Of a stretch of DNA of 64,000 nucleotides, positions 1 through 13,459 are shown one piece after another (positions within the stretch are counted from its first letter, which is position 1; each line of letters opens with the position of its first letter). The stretch is taken from contig CM120640.1 in the NCBI GenBank assembly GCA_051362555.1, forward strand, positions 18,538,001 to 18,602,000, written 5' to 3'. This stretch comes from Lingula anatina. Lineage: Eukaryota; Animalia; Brachiopoda. Made by a program: the position numbers and the translations under genes. The notes beneath the pieces were generated by a model. It saw only the letters and a list, made by a program, of their open reading frames with translations. It was not told the origin of the DNA and made no database searches.

Positions 1-107
1 TAATTTTTCATACGAAGTCACATTACCCATGCATCTAAATCATGCATAAATATTTTATGTCAGCAGCATTTAGATGCACGGTTAATGGGACTTCCTATGA
101 AAAATTA
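1..107. repeat. Long imperfect inverted repeat (MITE-like hairpin) in the last NUDT12 intron; probably extends left of the window
   Basis: 1-40 TAATTTTTCATACGAAGTCACATTACCCATGCATCTAAAT pairs with 68-107, whose reverse complement is TAATTTTTCATAGGAAGTCCCATTAACCGTGCATCTAAAT. Confidence 0.8.
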
Positions 108-180
108 CGAAACCATTGTCTAAAATATAAAGCCAGCCCTTAGTAAAAAACATTGTTCTTAGAAATATTTCTCTTTATAG

Positions 181-339
181 GTGGACAAGGAAGAAATTGA
201 TGATGCCAGGTGGTTCACGAGAGAGGAAATACTGCTGATGCTCACAGGTCAACACAAAGATGGCTTCTTTGTTCCACCGCCACAAGCTTTAGCACATCAA
301 GTTATTAAGGCATGGGCAAAGATGCCATCCAATTTGTAA
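181..339 (+). CDS. NUDT12: Last coding exon of NAD-capped RNA hydrolase / NADH pyrophosphatase NUDT12
   Basis: Acceptor ctctttatag|, then VDKEEIDDARWFTREEILLMLTGQHKDGFFVPPPQALAHQVIKAWAKMPSNL*. This closely matches the NUDT12 C-terminus (EIEDARWFTRE...FFVPP..AIAHQLIK.W...PNL). Confidence 0.9.
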   Translation: MDKEEIDDARWFTREEILLMLTGQHKDGFFVPPPQALAHQVIKAWAKMPSNL

Positions 340-1730
340 ATTTTGGTTTTATATGGACATATAAGCATTGCAATAGTTCAAATTTTGAACTGACACTTTT
401 TGGAGAGATTTATACTGACATGTCCAAAATTTGACCTCGTAAAGTTGGATGTAATTTGATAAGACAAATGTGCTGCTTTTCATAATGCTGTACATTGTGC
501 AGCACATACAATTGTTTATAATATGATCAAAAGATGATTCCAAATTTCACAATGGTTTATTTGTTTCTTGGATCAATCTCCTTCTGAAACCTTTTAGGGT
601 CTTGTTTCATGTTTTAATTATGAAGTTATAAAATCAATTAAGAATCATAGCTCCATACTGAAGTTCAGGGATTCTATTTGCTTCAGTATAATTGTAAGAG
701 AAATAAGGATATACAGCAACACAGCTTATTAGTCTATAATTTGATCATACTGAATTTTTTTACTTATACATGTTATCTTTTAAAACAGGCAACATTTTCA
801 TGATCAGATTGATTAATTAGAACCTTACACAAAAGTGTTGTTAATGTGATCTATGACTGTGATACCTCATTTAAAGATGTACTGCGAAATTATTCATGTA
901 ATATTTATTTACATATCTTCACAGACAAAGTTATAGCAAGTAACGTCCCCAGTTAAATGCATTTATTAATTTTCTTTATAAAAAGAAATCTTTCATATTC
1001 TATTTTATTTTGGTGATAATATAAGGTCAGATTCTTAAAACAGGTGTACAGTCAATTATTTGAAATGTGTGTTTCACTGCCAAACATTTCAGTTAAAATT
1101 GTATTGAGCAAAGGTGCAGTGAATAGAAAATGGGTTCAGACTTAACAAGAGACCATTTGGTGAAACAAGAACTAAAACGATTTCAACCATGCCTTTTACT
1201 TTGGTATTACATTAAGAAATATGTACCATGTATTATGAAACTTGTACAAAGGATGCATTCACAATTTTAAGAGTGAGATTTTACCTAATATCAAACCACA
1301 TTTTGTAAATTATATCAAATAAATTCATGAATCAGTCCAATCCCTTCATTTCCATTGGCAATCCTGCATGAAATTTGAAACATCATTAGTTACAACAAAA
1401 AAGTGGCTTTACCAATTAGGCATGTCTACTTACAAATGGTTTTCTCAATTCATATTAGTAATACAAGAAAAACAAAATTGCAATGACCTATAAACCAAAT
1501 ATTTTACAAAGCCTGTATGGTTTAAATAAATGATAAGACATAATCTCCAGTATATGACAGCAAAATGCCAATAAATTAAGATAAAATTTAGAGTAAAATG
1601 ATTTAATAAACTGAATTTGCAACAGCAAAAATTAAAACAGGTCAACAAATAAAACTTGTATCATTAAGCAGTGTCTCTCGGATACCTTAATTTCACTCTT
1701 AAAACAAATTCTGTCAAAATATTTTTGATT

Positions 1731-3679
1731 TTACAAGTCAAAATGAACTGCTCTTCTCTGTTTTTTTCTCCTCTTCCACTTCAAGATGTATACCCCATTG
1801 TCTTGCAGGCTTGCTGCAAATATTACTCCTTTTTGGTTGGCATCACTCATTCCATCTAACCATCCCATTTCACCCAGGGTAAATGTGGAACCTCTTTTGG
1901 ACAACCTAAATGATACATGATATCTACAGTTTTATTGATAGTGTTTACATGAAATGTGCCGTTTATGTATAATCATCACAACTACCAATAAGTGCCACTC
2001 AAAGAAAAGTATTTGCAGAGAAAATATTATTGACTATTCCTAGTTTAAAAAATAACATTCATACTAGCAAGTAAAAAAGACAAAACTAATTCAAATGTCA
2101 CTTACCTGACATTCGGAATATTTTTTGATGATATAACAACACCTCTTGCAGAGTCCATGGATTTCCCATTGGCTCTGATCTCTGGTGTCTCTATTACTTT
2201 TAATACAGGGGGCTCACCACATATAAAAGCAAAATATTTGGACCCTATTCCTAATATAACATGAACATCACTGCTGTCCCAGAACTTCTGATATGATGTG
2301 TTGGATACCTCTGTGGTGTGGTCTAATTGTTCTAATTTCATAATAGCACCTTTAGAAGTCACAGTGGGAAAATATAGGATATCATTTTTGATCTGAAAAT
2401 GGGGGACATAGTGCCTAAATCTCCACGTTAGCCCTCCCTGGGTTTCATGATCACGGTCCAATGTTGCCAGTGTAACTGTCGGCCCATCTGACGAGGACGC
2501 AGAGATGATGTGATAAAGTGATGGCATCTCGGTGTTTTTCACGATAACAACCTTTGTCACCCAGTCACTGTAACTGGTGAACGTTTGCAACAAATTGGCA
2601 GTATCAAATGACCAGAGTTTGACTGTGTTATCTGCTGAGCCAGTTACTAGAATGTTTAAGTCTGTGTTAAAATCGATGGTGAATACAGCTGCTACATGGC
2701 CCTGATATTGCCGTAGCTTTTTGCCTGTGTCTACCTCCCAACAGGCAGCTGTGCTATCAAAAGAGCCAGTAACAAGATAATGGTCATCAAATTTCAGGTC
2801 TGCCACTGTGTGAGTATCAAAAACCTTTAGGCACTGTCCATCTTTACAATCCCATAACCTGACTGTGTGGTCATCAGAACCTAAATAAAGAAAAATAATT
2901 ACATTTATTATAATATTAAATAATTATAATGACGACATTGTGGATGCTATACTTAATAACATACCAATATGTGAATAGCAGGTGAAAAATAGGTGTACAG
3001 TTTAACTTTTAACTGACAATTGTGTGTTTCTACACAGCTGAAGGAACATTGCCTGTGGCTTTATCTTCTGTATTTATAATGAAACCCACTCATTCATTTC
3101 TACATTGCATTAAATTTTAAAGAGCTTTCTCATTCCTAAAGAAAACCATAAAAATGAACTCATACCTGTAGCCAACTTTCCTTCCCTGTAGAAAATAGCC
3201 ATGATTCGGTCTGTGTGCCCATACAGAACTCTGCTTTCAAAGGCACTGCCATTCTTCATCTTCTGCAAACGTGCAGATACAGTCAAAAAGAGTTCTTTGT
3301 AATACTGCCCACTTTGGTCCTCCTTTGTGCATTTCACACCTATGCTTTGACATGCTCTTCTCCAAACATCACCACAGCTATTGATAACTCTATTCCACTG
3401 CTTGTTCACCATGCAACATGTCAACAAACTTGCAGGATCCAGAAAGCTTATCAAATGAAAAGACACCTCTGTTGGCAACTGAAGAAAGTCCCTTTTTACC
3501 AAATCATCAAGTTTCTGTGAAAGGTGGTACAACTGAGAAGGCGTACTTATAGTTATCAAATGATCTAAAACTTTGTTCCTCTCTTCATCCGATAAAAGAG
3601 AATAAGACTGTCCTGCTTTTTCCAACCAAGAATCAAAGTTGGCAATAGTCCCAGTCTTGGTCTTCATGGTGTTATCCAT
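1731..3679 (-). CDS. FBXW2: F-box/WD repeat protein 2; coding exons 3679-3166, 2880-2106, 1905-1731
   Basis: N-terminal FDSWLE...LDHLI...KRDFL plus F-box (LPTEVSFHLISFLDPASLLTCCMVNKQW); WD40 repeats (GHTDRI, TGSDDHTVRLWD, TGSFDSTAACWE, GHVAAVFTIDF); FBXW2-like C-terminus RLSKRGSTFTLGEMGWLDG..GVIFAASLQD. All GT-AG junctions are in frame. Confidence 0.93.
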
Positions 3680-4200
3680 CCTCAGTCCATTTTCTAGACA
3701 AAAATAAATCAAAGTAGTGGGTGTACAGAAATATGTTCAAGATTTGCAAAGAAGGAGATGCTTTTTAGCCACCAATTTAATCTAAAGTCTACATTCAATG
3801 CTCATTTTTAGGAGGCTCTCTTATATAAGCTTGAGTACTTTTTTACAACAGCGACTAATGATCAAAATATAATATATCATGCAATAAAATATGTAATTCA
3901 TTCTTTAATGAAAACTTTGTTGTTAGTTTGTTTGAAAGATTACAAATGTGTCAATAAAAGTTGCGTTAAGTGAAGAAGGCTCGATGAGGCTTGGACTTTT
4001 ACAATGTTATGTATCCACATGACTTGTTTACAAACTCTGTGATGTTTTTGGAGATGCTACCTCTCGATAACAAACTGGATTACCCCTAATTTTTTTTCAT
4101 ATATACTTTACTCAAATGGTGAGTAAGTTTTATCTTACAATTTTTATCAAAATCACAAGGGCAGATATGATGTTTCTGAAATATGAGAGAGCCTCCTTAA

Positions 4201-4631
4201 GTTAGGTATATCAGAACACACTCGAGCACCACAGTCAATCCTGTCCTGCAGCAGCAGTGACCCGCCTGCGACCAGTCCACTGAGGCACCTAGTTTGACAA
4301 CCTATACAAAAATCTCTATTCTCCACCTAAATTTTTATACTATGTGAAAGTATAGAACATTTCTGATCTCATGCAACCAACGCCATGAAAACTGATCATG
4401 GCGAAGTATGTTTTTAAGGAGACAGAATGCGTTCAGCAGTAACAGCTTTCTGGCTGAAATGACACATTTGCCAGCAAAAAGCTTTTTATAAGCTGTGATG
4501 TTTTCTTAAATTTTACAGTTAAATTCAAATTTTCAAAAGTATCACATTCTATAAAAGAAGACCTTTCAGGTGATATAACTTGTGTTTGTATCTGGCACAT
4601 TCTGATTTTCTCTGATGTACCATGTACCTTT
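4201..4631. mobile_element. Degraded non-autonomous DNA transposon (Kolobok-like, TTAA-flanked)
   Basis: TTAA at 4197-4200 and 4632-4635; loose TIRs GTTAGGTATATCAGAA ... TCTGATGTACCATGTACC; subterminal CTTTCAGGTGATATAA shared with the element near 62.6 kb. Confidence 0.45.
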
Positions 4632-4759
4632 TTAAGTTGGGTACCAAATTAAATAACCATTGCCTTAAGTAATGTCATACTTATTACCGAAATCAAGGTA
4701 TTTACCGAAATCAATTCTTCAATTACCGGAATCAACAACAAAACGTATTTTTGTTGCTT

Positions 4760-5420
4760 CCTTAATTCCGGTGTCACGTGTACGGTCCGTTCTGCGTGAA
4801 CCATCCGTTCTAACCGATTGTACACGCAGCAGACGCGTGTATGAGCCGTTCCGTGAATGACCCGTTTTTATTCACCTGTTCTTTTATATTCGGCTAGTTC
4901 ATTTCCTACCCCATTATACATTTACTGTGATGGGGATAAAATTCATGTGTTAATTGATAATTTTGATAGAGAATCAGCGGCAAATTACAGTTCGACGTAT
5001 GGATGAACCTACCGTGGACGGACCGTCGTTATTCAGCTGCTGGCTGCTATTTTAGTATTGATTTTACTAGGCTAGTGTGTTGATATGGGCACCTGAGGGA
5101 AATCTCAGTAGAGGTGAACGTCTATTAGATATTAATACTTCTAAAGATTATGTTTGAATTTGCAGTATGTTTTCAACAGCACATGTTTATTAAAGGCTAC
5201 GAATGTATTGATGACTCTATAGAGACGGACTGTACACGCCGGAAGTCTCTCAGATTTGCCTGCGCTTTGTGCGCATGAGCAGAACGGATTGTTCACGCTC
5301 CAAGCGGTACACGCCACACCGGTTATTGGTATGGCCCCCTTCTATGTTCATCAGTTGACTAGTTGTGGACGGTGGCGGTTCCGCAATTTGGACTTGGATT
5401 AAACGGGCTGTATTTTCGTA
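4760..5420. promoter_or_regulatory. Probable divergent promoter region for FBXW2 and the zinc-finger gene
   Basis: CpG-rich relative to the flanks, between head-to-head genes; E-box GTCACGTG (~4773), ETS CCGGAAGT (~5239), NRF1-like TGCGCATG (~5270). Confidence 0.55.
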
Positions 5421-6055
5421 AATAGAAGATAAGTGACAGAACACCTATGTATTTACTAAAAGGCACTTACCAAAATACTAATGCAATATATTTCCAAACA
5501 CAAGAAACAAGAATTTATCTTTAGCAGCTTCCCCGCTTTGTACCCATGATGACTGCAACATATCCATGTACAAAGCTATTTTCACCACCTATAATTAGTT
5601 TGGTATATATTGAGATTTAAAATTGACTCATATAAATAAAACTGAACTAATCTATACTAAATAAAAATTAACAGTTGATTTTTATGATTATTTAAGAGAA
5701 AATGATGTAAAAAGGTAAGCTACCATACATTTTGGATAATTTATGGGAAACTATTATCAATAAGAAATACCAATGGTGAGGAGACCATTTTGCCAATCAC
5801 TAAATTAAAATCGGTCAACTTTTCTGTCAACGGTAAGTCCAAGTTTCTTAACGATTAAAGATGATTTTAAATATGTTTACTAAGTGCACGCAATGTTCAT
5901 CCAGGCATTTTGATATGTAGTGCTTTATCGCTGGAGTAAGGAAAATGCATCTGGACTCCACAATTCCTGCTTTCTTTGATACTTACCCTGCCCAAACCTT
6001 CTTTCCGGTATAACCGGAGTGGGGAACTAATCACTTTCACAATTACCGTCTTAGT

Positions 6056-6106
6056 TTGCCTCAAGTTTTCGGCGTTACAAGATCACGGTACCGAAAACTG
6101 AGGCAA
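6056..6106. mobile_element. 51-bp miniature inverted-repeat element with a perfect 9-bp TSD
   Basis: TIRs TTGCCTCA(A)GTTTTCGG / CCGAAAACTGAGGCAA; CGTCTTAGT duplicated at 6047-6055 and 6107-6115. Confidence 0.8.
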
Positions 6107-6439
6107 CGTCTTAGTAATGCCTATTACCCATAGTACTTAACGATCAACAACTTCAGCAAAAACTTATTGTTGAAAGGAAATTGGTATATAATATCACAGT
6201 GATTAACATGAAAATTTATCCAAGTTGAAAGTGAAACTGCAAACCGTGAATGAATAAGCTAAACCAATTTTGCCTCCTGAAATAATAACATTTATATTCT
6301 CCGTACTTAAACTAATGTATTTATTTTAGTGGAAGACGTGGGAGTCATGCTTCAAGTTATTCTCAACCACCTTGTTTTTTGCAATTATATTGGCTTTTGC
6401 AGGTACTGGAGTGTGGAATAACCTGTGTAACCTCAGACA

Positions 6440-9400
6440 ATGGGTAGGTGTAGTAACTTAATATACTTCTGCTAAAATATGTTCTATTTGATTCCTTGCG
6501 TTCATGCTTATGGCAGTTTTGCCTTTACAAAAGCTCGCACTCTTAGTTATGTCCTAAACGACAGCCTTACTTTATAGTAATATCCTGTTTTTACTCTTAA
6601 CGTTATTCAGAATAATCAACATAAAACACTAGATCCTAGTTATGTTTTTGTATGTGTTTGATTGTAGGGAAGCACCACGTTATAAGATATGAGAAAATTA
6701 GAAAGGATTACTGTTAACTGATCAATCAGTCAATCTGATTATATATATTAATTTGCCATTGACTTGATTTATAGGTAAAGATAGTGTTTTCCACTGTTGT
6801 GGAGAATGCAGTGGACTCTTTGGTTCAAAAAGGGTCCTGTTGGACCACAAGCTCTCATGTACAGGAAAGCCGCTCCACTCTGGCTGTGTAATGGTTGCCG
6901 TGGAGCGAATTGATTACAAGAAATATAAACATTATGTGGAGGTGTATGGGAATATAGACCCAGCCCAGATTCCACCAGAACCAATTTCAGTGGACCCTGA
7001 ACAGTTCACAGTTTCCAGTATAAAACTAGATGAAGACATTAAAGTAGTACTAATTGATCCTTTCAAAGGGAATTTAAAAAATACAACAGCTAAAAGGGCA
7101 CCTTTTCCATCACAAAATATGTCTGATACACAAAGGGAGACCATGTCTGCCATAGAAAGCATTGTTTCGGATGAAGCAAATGCTTCATTTGACATCTTTT
7201 CCAGTGCACAATCAGTTGTGCAAACTAACGTTGATGACAGTACAAGTGGGCAAAGAACACAGCGAGCTAGTCTTAGTCCTAAGAACATTGGTGATGGTAT
7301 TATAGGTGAGGATGACACTCTTACTAATGTCAATGATGGTCAGTGTTTTATAGAAAATGATGAAGATGACGATGATGATGTTGGCAAGGGTGATGGTAAT
7401 AAGAAAACACATTCAGAGATTCTTGACAGGGGACAGGTTGAATCAGGGAATGAAAAAAATGTTACATCTGAGATGAATGCTAAAACATCTGACAATGGTC
7501 AAAACGTTGAAGACAAGACACCTGATTCTGTATTTAGGTCTAAGCGGCAGAGAGCAAGGCAAAAGGGGAGTAAAAAGAAGAAAACAAAAACTAGAGAAGA
7601 AAAGGATGAGCAAGCAGGAAATAATGATAAAGAAATTGATCCAGAAAACCAGTCTTGGGGAGCAAAGGAACTTGCAAAGTACATTGCCAAAGCCAAGGAA
7701 ATGGACAAATTGAGTGACATTGAATTAATGGAAAAATATGGCAGCAAAAGTGAAGGCAACAAAGACCTTCCACAGTGTGACCATCTGAAGTGTGACCTAT
7801 GTGATTATACATCTGCCAAAAAGGGACATTTTTTGCGTCATCTAAGAAGCCACCTTACTTTCAGCTGTGATTTGTGTGAATATCAAACATGTAAACTGAG
7901 AGAAGTCAAACTTCACATAGCCAGGCATGAAAAGCCGCACATGTGTGAATTCTGTCCTTATAAAGCAGGGAACCTGAGAGACTTGGAAAGACACAGGTGG
8001 ATACACACAGGTACATTGATTATGATTATAATATATATTAAGCAGAAGTTATTAGCAAGTTGAGGAAATGTGTAGTACTTATAAGTATAATTTAATGAAA
8101 TTGGTTTTGATTTATATTTTTATGATACAGGATAATGTCAAGTGTCTTTGAATTTTATAGGATTATTGCTTTCATGCAGCATTGTTATAATTAAATTGTG
8201 TTGTACAGAAAATTGACAGCTTGATTGTTCTAAGGTAATTTAAGTTTCAAATGTGCTGAAGCAACCATAAATTTAGCAAGTTCTATTGTTTTATTTTTAG
8301 ACGAGACTCCATACCATTGTGAGCAGTGTGGCTATAAGTGCAGACAGTTAAGAATGCTGAGGGAGCACAATAGAAAGCACACAGGTACTAGTAATGGTCA
8401 GATCTGAAGTACAGAACTGTAGGGTATGACATGTAAAATTCATTTCATTTGAGGAAATTTAAAAAATGTTTTGTATTCTTTTGGCTTGTTGTAACAAAAA
8501 CGGTACAAAAGCTAGTGAAGAAGTAAGAACTTATGTATTTATCAGTTAAAGTTATCATATTTGAAATATTTTTTGAGAAGTTAATCCATTCCTGATTCCC
8601 AGGAATATTTTTAAGAATCGAGGGTTACTGTTGTGAATACTTGTTGTAAATATGCATTTTATTTCCTTATGAACATTTTGTAGAAAATAAAGTGAACAAT
8701 TTCACATTTGTAGGGGAATATTTAATCTGTGATTTTGAAGGATGTACATTCTCCACACCATACAGTGCCGCCATGCTGAGTCACAAACAACGCCACACAG
8801 ATGACAAACAGTTTTCTTGTAGTGAGTGTCTGTACAGGACAAGTGACCGGTCTTCTTTTCAAAAACATATAAAAATACACCAGAATAAAAAGGACTACAA
8901 ATGCACACAATGCTCTTACAGGGCTGTGACAAAGAGCAGCGTATCGAAGCATTATCAGGCTGTTCATGAAAAAATGAAGTTGTACCAGTGTGATCAATGT
9001 AACTACGGATCCACAACTTCAAGTGCACTACGCATGCATCTGATGTCCCATATGAATATGAAACCATTTATGTGTTCTTTGTGTTCATATCGAAGCATCT
9101 CTAAAGGGAAGATTCAACGACATTTAACAACAACACATAAAGACCAAGTTGGCATTGTCATCTTTGATTCCACGATAAAATTAGATGAAGGGATGGGGAA
9201 ATACAGAATTCCAGGAACTGAAAGAAGGAGAGTTGAGGTGGAGCGAGATTTTTCTGAGGTAGCACCAGAACTGTGTAAAAAAGTAGATCAGGGTTCTGCT
9301 CAGCAATCTCCAGTGATCCAGGTTCAAAACAGTGAGAATGTCATTGAATACGTGTGTGGAAACTGTCAAACATCATTTGATTCTGTCGAGTCATTCACTG

Positions 9401-9525
9401 AGCACGTGTGCCCAGGACTTGCTGGGCAGATTGAGGGTTTGATGCCTGTGCCAGATGCAGACGAAGCAGTCTTGGTCGGCACCATTCTTTCTCTTGGGGA
9501 TGTAAAATATTTACCTCAAAAGTAA
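6440..9525 (+). CDS. Multi-C2H2 zinc-finger protein (ZFP64/REST-like fingers); coding exons 6440-6443, 6775-8010, 8301-8384, 8714-9525
   Basis: ATGG|gtagg spliced to tag|GTAAA gives MGKDSVFHCCGECSGLFGSKRVLLDHKLSC (N-terminal C2HC finger); then an acidic/basic linker, about nine CxxCxY-type C2H2 fingers with HT(G/D) linkers split by phase-1 introns, and a C-terminal CGNC...HVC finger. Confidence 0.85.
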
Positions 9526-11049
9526 ATCATGGTAATGCATGAGAAGTCTTTTTAGAAAACTTTCTAAATGTCCTGTGGACATTGAGGCCAATAATATATA
9601 CGTACAATAATGTACAAATTAAACTTTTTGTGGCCTTTCACATGTCTTCTGTGGAAAAACTTGAAAAATTTATTTCCCTTTGAAGCACTAGGGATGTAAG
9701 TAAGTCCATCAGGGTGACAAGTTTCCAGAAATTAATTCGACTAAAACAAGTTTTCAGTTATTATGTTACGCCACAGACATATATTGAGCACATTTTCAGA
9801 TGTCAGAAAATATTTTTGTGTCCTTCTCTTTTTTCAAGTGAATTTTCAAGTTGCTGTCACCATCCACTGACGTTTGTTTGAGAAGGTACACATTTGCTGT
9901 TTGTTAGTTTTTTCTCTGGTTATGCATTACATATAAATCATTAGTTTTAAACCGTTATGGTTTGAAACTTGAAGATCTTTGATTATTATTTCTTCACATT
10001 TTATACTATAGGAAAAGGCAGTTCGAGTATTAATTTAATGTAGTGTGTATTTGCTTCTTGAAAGGAAAGGGTGGCATTTGTTTACATCCATGTATCATTA
10101 CCATGTTTGTGCTGTTTGTCAAATAATAAAAGGATTCACAACAAATGAAGGTCATTTTGATCTTTGATTCTTTCCAGCTGCATTTATTTAGTGAAGGTGA
10201 CAATGTTGAAGAGTTGTGATTGTGTGATAATTTTGATCAAAAATGAGAGAAAATAATAAATAATCCTTATACATTCTTGTCTACATTTGTTCATGGCTTC
10301 TACTTGGCAAGGTTATCTGAGGCTCAAAAAACAAATAATGAGTAACATAAATGCAGTGAAAAAAAAAACAAAAAAAAAACACAAAGTATCCAATAATGAC
10401 TTCCTTTTATTCACAATATCCCAAGTGTAGAAAAGTAGAAAATATAAATGGATAATTATGTGGATATGCACCTTCCAGCAGAAGCAATATCTGCATTACA
10501 ACATATGAACTGCACCATGTTCACAAATGCATCAAAATATTGGGGTATGTTTTACTTCCATCACCTTTTTGTAAAATAATATAGCACAGACTAACATATT
10601 AAAATGGTTCCAGTTCTAAAACAGTACAGGTTTGAGAAGAAAAACCGAAGGGATATAACTATGTACACCAACCATAAAGCATGTTTTGGGGGGATGTTTT
10701 TCTTACCTGCAAATACGAATATAAAGTCATAATTGCATGTATATCCTCGATTTGTGATAGTATGGTTTGACGCACTGAAATCTGATGTTGTTTTGATTAC
10801 AGTAAAAGCTATGATCTTTGTTACAATACAGTTGAGTGGGGATTCAAATATATCTTTTTTATGAATAACTTATTTTCTCGTGTGGCTTGTTTAATTATAC
10901 AAAGGACAGAATGCTAGACACTAAAACCATATCACTGTCTAAGTTGCTCTTTGACAAGCAAAATTCATGGTAAGAGAAGTGGAGCAATCCAGCAGCATTG
11001 ATAAATAAATAAATGCAACAAAAGTAAAGAAAAGTAGATAGGTGTCAAG

Positions 11050-11409
11050 GCTCAGTCAATCATAGGCAGCATATGAGGGTTAACAGAGCAGTGAGATTTT
11101 ACCATTGCCCTTTTCCTGAAAGACACGTCAAAGCAAGCAGCAACTGAGAGATCAATATCCACAAATGGTACAGGGATGGACATTCCCTCCTTTCTCCCTT
11201 GAACACCAACCCTGCCTACCACTATCCCCTGTTCAATAACAACAACAGCTGCTTTATCGATGCTGGGGATCATCCTGAAACCAGTCAGGGCAACGAATGT
11301 TTCCAAAAATCAATCAAGGACCAGTGGACTTGAGCCTTACTTTTCATATCACCAGATTGCCTTTACCAGCACCAATATTGCCTCTCTCAAGTCAAAAGAC
11401 TTGCCAAAC

Positions 11410-11412
<3 letters not shown>
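11050..11412 (+). mobile_element. Probable degraded SINE followed by a (TA)n tail
   Basis: GC-richer patch in the AT-rich intergenic/UTR region; GTTAACAGAGCAGTGAGATTTTACCATTG resembles, from memory, the Deu/Nin-type SINE central domain; ends at a microsatellite. Confidence 0.4.

Positions 11413-11475
<63 letters not shown>
11413..11475. repeat. (TA)n microsatellite
   Basis: About 31 perfect TA units. Confidence 0.97.
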
Positions 11476-11478
<3 letters not shown>

Positions 11479-13184
11479 CCCAACTTAACTGTGAAAATAG
11501 CAAAGAGCTAATAAAAAAAAAAAAAAAGAAAAAAAAATAGTGCAATACATTAGACTGATTAGGAAGTCAGGCAAACATAAACTGGTAATAAATCAGATTG
11601 TAAACGATGACAAGATCAGACAGACTATGGTATTCAGCATTTAAGGCACAAATCAAGCAAACCTGTGATCACAACAACAGATTTCAGTGCAGTAAACAAT
11701 GTAAAAGATAATACTATCACAGTACTTTCACCTCAACTTTAGAAGAAATATTAAATCAAGGATTGTAATTCTGTTGCTTAAAACTAGGACCCAGCAAACA
11801 AAAGGAAAAGGTCCATGGCAAAAAATCAATGTAATTGGTACAGCCTGCAAACTGCAGAAGTTTGCAAGTTTTTAAGACTAGCTGTTGCCATTGAGGCTTT
11901 CAAGTAAAATAAATCATGTTTTTAGATTAGTAATTACACAGAAAACTTATATACAGAAGGGACAACTAACAGGATATTTGGATACTTGGATATTAATTTT
12001 TTTAATGTTTTGCAGTAGATTTTAATGTAATAATATGCATTCATACCTTCAATGCATTTTAATTTGCCATGTGGTGGTGAATGATGTGTTTGGAGACTGT
12101 TATCCAAGGTATAATGCAATTAGTATTAGATTCCCTTATACATTGGTTTAACGTTAATGTTGAGAAGGCAATCAGGTGTGATCACTTGTGGAGAGCATAA
12201 TTTAAAACAGGTTCATTTTTTTATGAAAATGTCATAGGTAAATCAGGCAATAGACAAGAGGGGAATGATGCTATGGATTATTGGTAAGCAAAGCATAACA
12301 CAGAACTGAATGTATGTTGAGCTGGCTTTTTCATACAGTCTGACTGAGCAATTAATCGTGTTCATTTATGGAGCATTAAGTTAGTTATTGGTTAAATTTT
12401 TAAGAAAATTTTATCAATAAGTGGGCGATAAAACAGACAGAACTGATCCTTATTAGTACACTAATTTAACAGTGTTACACAAATTACGTATTTGCATAAT
12501 GTACTGACACTATACAAAATCTGGTTGAATAAGCAGTTGAGATTTTCTATGCAGAATTTAGTTACTAGTTGGAAAGCAAATGAGACCATAAGCACATATT
12601 TAAAGAAAAAATTTGCACATTTAGAGGAAAAACAATTTGGTGGAACTGCTTGATGAAAACTTAACAACATGGAGAAATCATGTGAATCAAACAGAAAATA
12701 GGTTATTCACAGTTATGATTATAATCAAACGATGCAATCAAAACAGCTAAAGCAGAACAAAAGGCCTAGTCAAAGGAAGAATACCTCTTTCCTGTTTTTT
12801 GGTGGGTTCTAGCTTAAAATAAACATAAGATACCTTTGATGAATTACAAAAAGTTATCTGAAAGTTGAAATGATATCTACTACAAAAAAATCCCACAAAC
12901 TGTCCCTTAAGACATGTCTTTATTTTGCTCATCTGTTTAAAAGACAACTGACTGCATTTTGTACAGCACCCATATTGCAAATATCTGGTCAAAGAGTTCC
13001 ATCCCTAAGCAAAATAAATATCTGGCATTATTTAAAACAACATGATACAAATACAGAAAGATGTTCCCATTTTCTTACAAATAAGTATAGATAAAGAAAA
13101 CCCACTGAAGGGCCTTCTTATATGTTGCTGTGCTTGAACAAGTTTAGTAAAACTGCAGCATGAGTACAATAGATAACAACTTAA

Positions 13185-13459
13185 GCCCTTTTCTCATCGA
13201 GCACTCCAGTTTTCTTTATCAGTTTAAGAGAATGACAAGTTAATAGCCTGGCTATTAGTATTACATAAGAGAGTCACCTAAAGTAGCCCTCATACTCAAC
13301 ACAGACCAGTTTACTAGAAAAATTTTGATTTGTAGATTAGCCTGGGTGAAAGTAGCAAAAACTAAAAATCGTGAAAAAAAAAAAAAAAAAAAAAATCAGA
13401 GCTACCAAATTGGCGGAAGTGAACTTGTGAAATTTAGTACCACTTGATGTGAAAAGGAC
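13185..13459. mobile_element. MITE flanked by TTAA (PIF/Harbinger-like TIR)
   Basis: Left TTAA-GCCCTTTTCTCATCGAG; right CTTGATGTGAAAAGGAC-TTAA (reverse complement GTCCTTTTCACATCAAG). Confidence 0.65.

Noticed and set aside
6932-9369. Antisense and alternate-frame ORFs over the zinc-finger exons
   Set aside because: Shadows of the real coding frame; the same applies to similar ORFs over FBXW2, RASA1, ELP1 and the RT.
11052-11511. ORFs of 63-84 aa around 11.05-11.5 kb
   Set aside because: They run through a probable SINE remnant and the (TA)n tract; no protein motif.
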